Assembly (NCBI RefSeq): GCF_006345805.1
Contig: NW_021836275.1
Span: 1 to 24,801 of the forward strand
DNA from: Octopus sinensis
Taxonomy: Eukaryota
Direction of reading: 5' to 3'
DNA: 24,801 nt
Below, piece by piece: positions 1-10,225 of this stretch; positions within the stretch are counted from its first letter, which is position 1, and each line of letters starts with the position of its first letter. The notes beneath the pieces were generated by a model. That model had not been told where the DNA came from. It saw nothing but the letters and a program-made list of their open reading frames with translations, and did not search any database. The position numbers and the translations under genes were made by a program.

Positions 1-312
1 CTTCATAAATTAGACACTGAATTTCTTTCATCTTCCCATAGAACAATAATGGCCGACATATTTCAGTTTGTTACGTTGCTATGGAGCTTCTCGATCGAAA
101 ACACTCAAAACCTCAACATTAATCTCGTTAGTCTTAATGCAAAAATTTGCTGAAAACACCGAAAAGCAATCTTTCTCCCTCCCTCCCCTCTCTCTGTATG
201 TGTGTATATGTGTGTATTTTATATATCAAGCCCATGTGAGTTTATTGACGTCACTAACTATATCTTCCCTTCTATCTCTCTCCTTCTTTCTCTCTCAATA
301 TATATATATGTG

Positions 313-346
<34 letters not shown>

Positions 347-348
347 AA

Positions 349-649
349 GGCGCAATGGCCCAGTGGTTAGGGCAGCGGACTCGCGGTTGTAGGATCGCGA
401 TTTCGATTCCCAGAATGGGCGTTGTGAGTGTTTATTGAGCGAAAACACCTAAAACTCCACGAGGCTCCGGCAGGGGGTGGTGGCGGTCCCTACTGTACTC
501 TTTCGCCACAACTTTCTCTCACTCTTTCTTCTGTTGGCCTGCTCGCTTAGCCAGTGGGGTGGCGTCATTTGGAGGCTAAAAAATGCGAAGCGCATTGTGA
601 CCAGCGATGTGTAGCAACATCTGATAGCCTGGTCGGTCACGGTGATACG

Positions 650-654
<5 letters not shown>
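349..654 (+). mobile_element. tRNA-derived SINE, apparently full length
   Basis: tRNA-like head with A-box TGGCCCAGTGG (356-366) and B-box-like ATTTCGATTCC (400-410). Ends in a short tandem tail (ACGGTGAT)x2 running into (TA)n. Confidence 0.85.
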
Positions 655-694
<40 letters not shown>

Positions 695-1227
695 TATATA
701 TATTCTTTTATTTTTTTGTATGTTTCAGACCTAAGGATGTGGCCATACTGGAGCACTGTCTGTATGTGTGTGTGTGTAGTATCTTTACCCCCACTTAATA
801 GTGCTGTGTTAGAAGGCAAAATAGTGCGAGAGTTACTCCCATATGGCCTTTTGATGCATATAAGCACTCGTGTTTACATTGGAGTGGCGAATAGCCAGTG
901 GGCTTATTAAAAAATGATTATCAGAGATAGACGCAGTATTAATAACAAAAGGTAATAATAGCTGCTATCTCTAGCATCCGAGAGACTATCATTGACAAGG
1001 CCAAGGGAGGCTGAAATCACGTGATCTGGTTGTCTCGGCGGTGGCGATGACGGGCGAGTTATCTCCCCGCTATCAATGCAAACAGGATGGCATCGAAAGC
1101 CAGTACGAAAGCTTCTGTAGTGGTAGCTATCACAGTATCCAGCATTAAGAAGGGAGGAATATTACCTTTTGGTGTGACTACTACATCCGTCGCTAACAAT
1201 TGATATACATATATTTATGTGTGTGTG

Positions 1228-1272
<45 letters not shown>

Positions 1273-1308
1273 ATATATTTAAATACATACATATATAATA
1301 TATACATA

Positions 1309-1369
<61 letters not shown>

Positions 1370-1370
<1 letters not shown>

Positions 1371-1508
1371 GTGAATGAATTATCCCAGCATGGAAAATTC
1401 GTTTAATCGATACCTGGGTAGCAAATTCACGTCAGAAAACACGGTTGAAGCGACCTGTCAAGGGTAGAAACTCCGTGTTCTTGTGTGGAAATTTGTGTGT
1501 TTTTTATA
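1370..1508 (+). mobile_element. Putative Penelope-like terminal remnant with degenerate hammerhead-like fold
   Basis: AACACGG (1438-1444) pairs perfectly with CCGTGTT (1473-1479) around TTGAAGC-GACC..GGGTA-GAAAC-T. T-rich 3' end stops at TATA. Confidence 0.4.
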
Positions 1509-1992
1509 TGAATAAATGAAAGAATGGAGTCGAACGAAGATTTTAACAAAATTCCTTTACTCTCCCCACACACACAATCACACATACACACACACAGACA
1601 CAAATGCAGTTATATACACACACTCATACACATACACAAACACTCGCACTCATTAACACAAGCACACACCCGCACATCCCCATACATACAGCATACATAT
1701 TGTCCCCTACCTATTTTTTTCTACTTCCTACTTCTACCCACTTTTGACGTCATTTCTTATAACGGATTATTTTTTAAAAAAACACTCATTATCACTATGG
1801 TCACCATGTAGGCAACCATCAAAAAAATGTTGTTCGTCTTGTGGCTGAAAGAGGCTCCTTATCTTTCCTGTTGAGATGATGGCATAATGCACCCTTCATT
1901 CCTTCGGAATTAAAAATATGTCGTCTTCGAAACATATGTCGGGAGTAAAGGAATTTTGTTAAAATCTTCGTTCGACTCCATTCTTTCATTTA

Positions 1993-2000
<8 letters not shown>
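1505..2000 (+). mobile_element. Element with 58-bp perfect inverted repeat and hammerhead-like motif (Penelope-like terminus with inverted 3' end, or MITE)
   Basis: 1505-1562 is the exact reverse complement of 1943-2000. Right end runs into (TA)n. Hammerhead-like fold at 1863-1945. Confidence 0.65.
1863..1945 (+). ncRNA. Type I hammerhead ribozyme-like motif, non-canonical core CUGUUGA, long stem II loop
   Basis: Stem I CTTTC/GGGAG (two G.U pairs), core CTGTTGA (1868-1874), stem II GATGATG/CGTCTTC (6 of 7 paired), GAAA, palindromic stem III ACATATGT, GUC site (cut predicted after 1940). Confidence 0.55.
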
Positions 2001-2026
<26 letters not shown>

Positions 2027-2029
<3 letters not shown>

Positions 2030-2280
2030 GAAATATGTTACAAAAAGAAAATATAAAATACACGTGGAACTGTAAGGGTAAAATATGAAAAATGCACATT
2101 GCAAATAAAAAAAGGCTATTTATGACAGTAACGACAAATATATACAATTAGATGGACTGAGGTAGTAATAAAAGTCATAAAAGTCATTATTAAGAGATGA
2201 TTATAAGATGATAATAAAGTAAGAGAACAAAGGAGACCATGGTTTCGGGAAAAAGCTATTATCGCTTTGAAAATACCGGC
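2027..2280 (-). mobile_element. Putative Penelope-like 3' terminal remnant carrying the 3' half of a hammerhead
   Basis: Minus strand reads AAAGC-loop-GCTTT-TTCCC-GAAAC-CATG-GTC-TCCT, with palindromic ACCATGGT at 2235-2246. The CUGANGA half is absent. 3' end runs into the (TA)n at about 1996-2026. Confidence 0.4.
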
Positions 2281-2320
2281 TAAATATTATATATATATAT
2301 ATATAATGTATATATATATT

Positions 2321-2373
<53 letters not shown>

Positions 2374-2991
2374 TATATATATAATATATATATAATATTA
2401 TATATGTATGTATTTATATATATGCACATATTTGTAAATATATATATATATATATAGATATATGTATTTATATTTATGTATATATATATAGCCATTCCCT
2501 TTCCCCCTCTCTCTTACTCCTCCTCTGTCCCGTCGTTGACCAACGACGAGAAAACTATTGTCTTTCTGGCCTCGCTTTCCTCGAGTGTAGATGGCTTTTC
2601 TGTGTCTCTCTCTGCCGTTCTCAACAAGCGTTCGTAATATTTTCTCTCGTTTGGCTTAACAGCCCTCATTGTTTGTGTTACTGTTATTCTCCTTGTCCTG
2701 TCTTTTACTGTTTATAATTTGTCCCGTATTTACTGTCCTGTTTTTGTTACCATTTTCATCCCTCCACAAAAAAATCTCAAATTTTATTTAATTTGCTTTT
2801 TGCGGGAAGGAATGTTTCACTGAAGTCGTGTCTCGCCTTGAACTTTTTGTGTTTTGTGTTTATGTTTTCGTTTCTCATTGTGTTCGACGTTTTTTTTTGT
2901 GCCCTGTACCCATATATGCATGTATATATACATGTAGATGTATGTACGTACATATATGTATGTATATATGCATATGTTTAATTTATTAATT

Positions 2992-3092
<101 letters not shown>

Positions 3093-3211
3093 ATAAAAAT
3101 TCAGTTGAATTAGGTATTTAAATTGAGGCATCAAGTCAGTCCAGTATTGTCAACACAGCTCGAAGTTAGGTGAATAAAAAGCAGATAAGTAACAAAGAAG
3201 TTCAGGTATTA

Positions 3212-3374
3212 GGCGCAGGAGTGGCTGTGTGGTAAGTACCTTGCTTACCAACCACATGGTTCCGGGTTCAGTCCCACTGCGTGGCATCTTGGGCAAGTGT
3301 CTTCTACTATAGCCTCGGGCCGACCAAAGCCTTGTGAGTGGACTTGGTAGACGGAAACTAAAAGAAGCCCGTCG

Positions 3375-3423
<49 letters not shown>

Positions 3424-3664
3424 GTGTGTGTGTGTGTGGTATGTTTGTGTGTCTGCGTTTGTCTCCCTATCATTGCTTGACAACCGATGCTGGTGTGTTT
3501 ATGTCCCCGTTACTTAGTGGTTCAGCAAAAGAAACCGATAGAATAAGTACTGGGCTTACATAGAATAAGTCCCGGGGTCGATTTGCACGACTAAAGGCGG
3601 TGCGTCAGCATGGTCGCAGTCAAATGGCTGAAACAAGTAAAAGAGTAAAAGAGTAAAGAGAGTA
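3212..3664 (+). mobile_element. tRNA-derived SINE (the most abundant family in this window), full length, internal (TA)n(TG)n
   Basis: Head GGCGCAGGAGTGGCTGTGTGG with B-box-like GGGTTCAGTCC (3264-3274). Tail GGCGGTGC..CATGG..GCAGTCAAATGGCTGAAACA followed by (GTAAAAGA)n. Homologous copies at 10577, 20133, 22531, 22998 and 23278. Confidence 0.9.
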
Positions 3665-3692
3665 TTACCTGGACATCCTTGTTACTCATTTG

Positions 3693-3729
<37 letters not shown>

Positions 3730-3809
3730 CCCTCACCCTCAGCCCTCACCCCTCCCCTCTCCCCCTTACATCCCCCCTCTTCCCTCATCTCCTCTCTCAT
3801 ACACACACA

Positions 3810-4120
3810 CACACTCTTATGTTGGAGCGAGGTCATTTAACCCTATTATCAACCCTATTATCTCCCCTAATTTCGCTCTTGCGTCTCACGTTTGATCTTT
3901 GACTTCTGGCCGAAATCAGATCGCCATGTTGATTCGCTAGCCTCTGCACGCATATTTTTTTCTCTCCTTCTTTCTGTGTTTTTTCTCTGTGTATCTTTCT
4001 ATTGAAGAGCGTAGGCTCGAAACGTTAAAGACTTGTTTTATTTATATTTCCTGAGCGGCATACTAATACAATTGTTTGTATTCCACCTGCCTTCGTCTTT
4101 TGTTTATTTCCGTAAACCTG
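3810..4120 (+). mobile_element. Putative Penelope-like 3' terminal remnant
   Basis: Pyrimidine-rich segment containing a minimal hammerhead-like motif at 3994-4031, followed by a T-rich tail. Boundaries approximate. Confidence 0.5.
3994..4031 (+). ncRNA. Minimal hammerhead-like motif (degenerate core)
   Basis: TCTTT/AAAGA stem I, core CTATTGA plus an extra A, stem II GAGC-GTAG-GCTC, GAAA, loopless stem III ACGT, GUU site. Confidence 0.45.
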
Positions 4121-4123
4121 CCT

Positions 4124-4180
4124 TCGGTTATCTGGCCATCTAAAAAAACCTTATGACAAAATACCCTTATATAAAGGGAA
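4124..4180 (-). repeat. Fragment of the interspersed repeat also at 15341-15510 and 24495-24655
   Basis: CCTTCGGTTATCTGGCCATCTAAAAAAACCTTATGACAAAATACCCTTATATAAAGGGAAAT aligns to 24573-24637. Confidence 0.8.
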
Positions 4181-4466
4181 ATGACATGCATAAAATCTGG
4201 TCATCAAATCTAAGTAGAGACTTCAAACTTGAAATCTTCAAAGCCACAGTCGAACCAATTCTACTATATGGCTCAGAAACCTGGACGTTATGAAAGAAGC
4301 TTGAGAGGCGGTTGGATGGAACCTACACTCGCCTCCTTATGAGAGCTCAAAATCTCTCGTAGAAGCGCCATCCAACCAAAATGCAAATATATGGGAAACT
4401 ACTACCTGTGTCATCTCTTGTGAAAGGTAGGAGAGTCCAGTTTGCTGGACATTGTTGTAGAGGCTG
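4179..4466 (+). mobile_element. RTE-type LINE RT C-terminal fragment (pseudogenised)
   Basis: Translates NDMHKIWSSNLSRDFKLEIFKATVEPILLYGSETWTL*KKLERRLDGTYTRLLMRAQNLS*...RRVQFAGHCCR. LLYGSETW and FAGH are typical RTE thumb-region motifs. Confidence 0.85.
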
Positions 4467-4890
4467 ACCAGGCAAACCCTTTCTAGTTAGAAAATCTTTT
4501 CCAGATGATGATATGTATGACCCAAAATATTTATAATCAGAAACCATATTTAAGGGCGCATTGTTGAGAGTATGGATGATGCAATCACTGTTGGACAGGC
4601 ACTTGTTTATGTATTCAGTTTTGGCCTCATTGAGGTAAAGACCTACACAATTTGAGGCTTGTTCAAGCGATTGTAAAAGAGACTGGGCATTGGAGAGAGA
4701 ATCACTGATAAGAGCGATGTCGTCAGCAAAGTCAGTGTCTGTCAAGTACTCAGCTGGGTGTCTGGAACTTCTTTCAAAGCCCTTGCCAGAGATGGTATCA
4801 ACTGACATACGTAGCACATAATCAACAACAATGATGAAAAGAAATGGGGCGAGTGTGTCTCCCTGCAGTATTCTCGGCTTTGATTGGAAA
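4460..4890 (-). mobile_element. RTE-type LINE RT core fragment, inverted relative to 4179-4466
   Basis: ORF 4347..4922(-) contains LQGDTLAPFLF, DFADDIAL, GLYLNEAKTEY and YKYFGSYI (RT subdomains 4-7), ending at RKGL-(A)WSA. Confidence 0.9.
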
Positions 4891-5275
4891 ATCCTGGAGG
4901 GTCTTGTCCCAAACTTTGGCATTCAAAGTTACCCCAACCGCTGAACGGGGCGCCACTGCATGGTGCCAAAGATTCCAACATCATCATCAAAATACAGGAC
5001 CAGATACTGCAACAGCTTGGGTTTCAGAGGACCACAGATCTTCAACATCCTCCCTAAATGCCTGATAGACTTGCATGGTGTGGCTGTGGGTTTCTTTAAA
5101 ACTAAACTGGATCTCTTCTCGGCAGGAGACACAGATACGGTCAGCGGCGTCGAACACCCTAGTTGACCAAGTGCCACGTATCAGAGGTGGTTTCACATAC
5201 TAGTGTAGCTCATTCAACGGTGGTGCCCCATCATGGCCGCAGCCTACGGGCTGAAACATTTTTAAGGATTTACGG
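4885..5275 (+). mobile_element. CR1-like LINE 3' end with 3' UTR
   Basis: WKILEGLVPNFGIQ...GRHCMVP...NSLGFRGPQIFNILP...FKTKLDLF...(frameshift)ASNTLVDQVPRIRGGFTY*, stop at 5201-5203. 3' UTR GGTGGTGCCCCATCATGGCCGCAG..CTGAAACA, then (TA)n. Confidence 0.75.
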
Positions 5276-5324
<49 letters not shown>

Positions 5325-5477
5325 ATATCAAATGGATGCATTATAATTCTATTCCGCACATACGATAACAGCCATACCAACAATCCAACATACCTCCATC
5401 ATCAGCTATCCTACAGATATCACTATGATTTCGCCACTTACATATACATGCGCACACACACACATATATATACATAC

Positions 5478-5508
<31 letters not shown>

Positions 5509-5889
5509 GTGTGTATACTTATCTCCGTGTGTGTCTGGTGTATACACGTACACCCAATACACAGAAAATATATTTAATAAACAAAAATGTCAAAATATAA
5601 CAAATTGGAACGAAAATAACAGACAAACAGACCAAGAGGCTAGAAGAAGACTGATTAATATTTGATACATTGTTGATGTGGTGATGTTGATGGCGTGTGT
5701 GGTGTTTTAAAAGAACATTCTATTAGCAAACCTTTAATACCGAACCAACAATCTAAACATAATTATTGTAGACAGAAGAATCTCGGTGGGTTGCTGCGAT
5801 GTACGAAATACTGAACATAGTTGAGTTATGTAGAAAGAAAATACAAGTGGCCAACCAGGCAGTGATGTATGGACGACGTGTACAGGCAT

Positions 5890-5930
<41 letters not shown>

Positions 5931-6278
5931 GAGAGAGAGAGAGAGTGAGTGGGAGAGAGATGGGGCTGAGGAGAGGAGTGGTAGGTCAGTAAAAAAACAC
6001 ATTGAAGACAAACTGTTGAGACAGACAGACATTTCAGACCTCTTTTTCGAGCTATTTATCCATCCATCCATCCATCCATCTATTGCTTGTTCATTGCATT
6101 TAATATATGTATATAGGTATGTATACACGTACATATGTATGTAGGCATATGTCTTTATATACGTATATAAACACACACTCACATGTGTGTGTGTACCTTA
6201 TCATATCAACATTTATGTGTATATGCATATAATACATACTTACATGCGTATGCATGCATACATATAATATATATATAT

Positions 6279-6335
<57 letters not shown>

Positions 6336-7039
6336 CATGTATTATGCATGCATGAATGTGTGTGTGTGTGTGTGTGGTGTGTGTGTGTGTGTGTGTGTGT
6401 GGTTGTATCTATGTATTTTATGTGCGTATACTGACGTATTATTCTATACACTACTTAGCTATGTTGACATTTCAATCTACGAACATTCAAAGAATCATTA
6501 CGAGAATGTCTCATATCATTTGTGACATGGCGGATAACACCTCCCTCTCCCCGCTACCTCTCTCCCTCCTCCCTCCCCCTCCCCCCTCTCTCTCTGCGTA
6601 TTTCTGTGTTTGTGTACCAAGCACACACCCCCACACACATACACACTCACATAAACTTCTCTGAAAAGGTAACTCAAGAAACTACAAATCGCCCCTGTTA
6701 AATGTGGCCCCCTAGGGAAGGGCGAGTGGTCCGCGTCAGATCCCTGGCGGAGGGGAGATTAATCCCAAATCACATGTCTACAATAACCTATCTATTTAGC
6801 AGAATTATCGATAAACCCCAGAAAAACCATCGTATCCCTCAGAATACCAGTCGTGATGCTAATCCACAAAATTGGATGTTTGCAGCATCTGAAGAATTAG
6901 ATTCCTTTTTCGGATATTCACGTGATTCTCGAAGTTCCTTTTGGTCGAATACTGATATCTGGATAACTCTGTGTGTGTATGTGTGTGTGTGTAGTTATAT
7001 AAACATGTATACATATGCGTGTGCGTGTGCTTTTGTGTA

Positions 7040-7351
7040 TTTATATAAGCATGTGTGCATGTGTGTATGTATGTATGTATATGTATATATGTATTTATGT
7101 ATGTATGTATGTATTTATGTATGTATGTATGTATTTATGTATGTATGTATGTATGTGTGTATGTATGTATGTATGTATGTATGTATGTATGTATGTTTGT
7201 ATGTATGTATGTATATGTATATATGTATTTATGTATGTATGTATGTATTTATGTATGTATGTATGTACGTATGTATGTGGTGTGTATGTATGTATGTATG
7301 TGTGTATGTATGTGTGTATGAATGTATGTATGTGTGTATGTATGTATGTAC
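7040..7351. repeat. (TATG)n microsatellite array, imperfect
   Basis: Direct reading; source of the MYVC/HTYI ORFs. Confidence 0.95.
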
Positions 7352-8677
7352 GTGTACGACCGGTTTCATTGAATGCTGTCCGAATCTTTCCCAAGTAGCA
7401 ACCTTGTGTCTTAAAATATGACGGACAGTGCGTAATATGATCCTTGACGCAGAATGTCTTAATGAAAGAAGGGATGGCCACTGATGGAACATTTTTATTA
7501 ATGTGTGCTTGATCAGAGCTGACCTGAGACTAAACAACATTATCGTTCATGGAGGATGAGAAACAAAAGTTTAAAACGATGGTGATTTTTGATTTGCGGT
7601 CGATTGGTGAAGTCCACATACATCCATCCCCATACATTCTGGAATGTTTTTACATATTTTCACAGTTCCATAAATTACTTGGAGCTGGAATTTCTTTCAC
7701 ATATTTTCTCCGGATTTGTGAAACCCAGTTTCTCAACAATGGTTGTGAGACAGTTAGTTATATAATCCAAGTCCTCCAATAATTACTGGTATAAACCAAA
7801 AACTATAGTTCAGCCGGACTAGCTGCAGATTGCTCATCAGTTCGGCATAGGTTTTCTTTTCTGCTAATCTTTAACATTTGTTGTGCAAATGCCTCCAACT
7901 CTGTTGCACATTGACTATCCTCACTCCCTGGTCGTTATGTCTTCTCTTCTCTATTATGCTTGTACTTCAGACATGTTTTAACAGTGACATATTTCCAGCA
8001 TACTTCCATATTAAAGATATCATTCTGTAGTTTTTTACATCTTTATCCTTGGGATTATCCTTTCTACTGATTTCGGCTTATTTACTTACAGGAAGATAAC
8101 ACTGCAATGACATTTTGAGACACCTATTTAACCTACGGATAGTATCTTCTGCATTACATCCACAGAGTCAGCATCGGTTTTTACATGTTAACAGTTTGCT
8201 TGCCTCCAATAGGTTTATCTGCATCTTTATCCCTTTTGGCCATCAGGTATTTCCTCATTCTTTCTTCTTCCCATATTACAAAAATATAGCCTTCAAATTC
8301 GGAGCTGACCTCTTACTCGTAGGACCAAAACAGACTAGCTATGAATGTTGCTGTAACTTTAAAGCCTTCTTGCACTGAAGCTATACGCTAACTGCTCGTG
8401 GTAAGCAAACAGTTTTTCTTCTGATGATCTGTTGCAGTAGAATTGTCCCACTTTCCAGGGTTTATAACTCAGGGCAACACGCAGAGAATACTTTCTGAGA
8501 CGTCTCTTTCTAAGTCTCATCCGGTTATTGGCATCATTTATGGTAAGTTCATGTGTGAATGCACTTTGACACTTGGTGGTTCATAGACGTTGTCGAGTGG
8601 ATCTGATGCCACATTCTAAGGCTTTTTTTGGTTCGACCTTCAGTCTCTTTCTCCATGCTTTCATTTTATATGTCGAT
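7352..8677 (-). mobile_element. Decayed R4/Dong-like non-LTR retrotransposon (C-terminal zinc knuckle and restriction-like endonuclease region)
   Basis: Minus-strand remnants SEFEGYIF (about 8279-8303), C-*-L-C..AEDT..C.KMS..YLP (about 8095-8175), IPVIIGGLG (7766-7792) and GTVKICK.F (about 7641-7670). Many stops and frameshifts. Same motifs as the 18962-19362 copy. Confidence 0.75.
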
Positions 8678-8679
8678 AA

Positions 8680-8710
<31 letters not shown>

Positions 8711-8790
8711 TGTATGTATGTGGGTGTATATATGCATGTATGTATGTGTGTAGCTATATACATGTATGTACGTATGGACATACGTACATG
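8678..8790. repeat. (TATG)n microsatellite on the 5' flank of the R4/Dong-like copy
   Basis: Direct reading. Confidence 0.9.
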
Positions 8791-8914
8791 TCTATATATG
8801 CATATATATACATATACACATACATATATACATACACTCACACACACATATACACTCACAATCACACAAGCACATTCATAGGTCCAAATAGACAGACATG
8901 TAGACGAATAAGAG

Positions 8915-8998
8915 GAGGAAGTGGAAGTAGTGGTGGTGGTGGCGGTGGCGGTGGCGGTGGTGGTGGTGGTGTTAGAGGAGGGGAATAGGAGGAGGAGG
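8915..8998. repeat. (GGT/GGC/GGA)n trinucleotide low-complexity tract
   Basis: Direct reading. Confidence 0.9.
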
Positions 8999-9951
8999 TT
9001 TGTTATATTTGATTCAAACCTCAGAAGGCGTGAATCAAGCTAGCAATCTCGCCGCCCGTTCGCTCAATCCCTCCGGCTACCGTTAAATAAATTCTGCTCT
9101 GATGCCGCGCATTAATCTAGATTTTATAGCTGTCCGTTATTATTTGGTCCGAAACAGAAGGGTGAGATTTGCACATGAAATATCGTGAGAAGTGAAGAAT
9201 TCTAAAACAAAGGGGAGATAAATCACAAATGATTTGGGGCGAGGTGTGTTTGTAGGGGTTCGAGGTGGAGGGATATTATGATGTGATAAATGGGTGTGTT
9301 TATAGATCAAAGAGGAAGTAAAGGAAAATAAGGTGGTGTAGGTTATTTCGGGTGGGTCTAGGGAGCAGAGTATAAAGAAGATACAGGGTACAAGTTGTTC
9401 GCACACACACACACACACACCACACATATCCACTCGTATGTGCACAGATGTACACACACACATACTCACTTATACGCACAGATATAGAAACCCGCTTTTG
9501 CATACAGGGAGATAAACATTAGCGCACACACATACAGACACGTACACACACACACACGTATACACACACACACTCACACACACACACACACACACAACAC
9601 ACACACACACACGCATCCACTAAAATACTTTATATATAAATGTAGAAAGTAAAACAAAACGGGAAGCTTTGTTTCTATAGTACTTAATTACATCAACTTA
9701 CGCACATTTCATTAACAATAAATAAATATCAGTTATGGGAAGGAAATCTTCCAAAAAGTCCTCCTGGCAGTCTCCCTTTGGATATACAAAAGTACATCGA
9801 GACATGCTTATTTTTCGTCCAATTTCAACCCAATGTGCACTGCACACAAACACACACACACACACTTACACACATATTTATGTATATATAAATATATACA
9901 TATATATATGCATACTTACATACATATATATATATATATGTATATATTATA

Positions 9952-10034
<83 letters not shown>

Positions 10035-10038
<4 letters not shown>

Positions 10039-10152
10039 GGTCCCGGGTTGATTCGGGGTTAACCACAGTAAATAAGGTACTCAATACATAGCAGAGCTCC
10101 TGAAGATTTCTCTGAATGAAACAGTTCTAGTCCTGTAGAAGCTCCTTCTATA
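10035..10152 (+). mobile_element. Short (TA)n-flanked insertion with hammerhead-like core
   Basis: CTGAAGA-TTTC-TCT-GAAT-GAAAC-AGTTCTA-GTC (10100-10132). Stem I is not properly paired. (TA)n on both sides. Confidence 0.3.
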
Positions 10153-10154
10153 TA

Positions 10155-10197
<43 letters not shown>

Positions 10198-10225
10198 CAC
10201 ATGTGTGTGTGTGTGTGTGTGTGAA

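Noticed and set aside
349-420. tRNA genes at the SINE heads (also 3212, 10226, 20133)
   Set aside because: A and B boxes are present, but no complete cloverleaf or acceptor stem, and they continue into SINE bodies.
741-760. GGCCATACTGGAGCACTGTC as a SINE-tail remnant (minus)
   Set aside because: Only 20 bp; plausible but too short to list.
2525-2575. CGTCGTTG/CAACGACG hairpin followed by GAAAACTATTGTC as a hammerhead
   Set aside because: No CUGANGA-like core and no stem I. The 2490-2910 block is probably a repeat but I cannot assign it.
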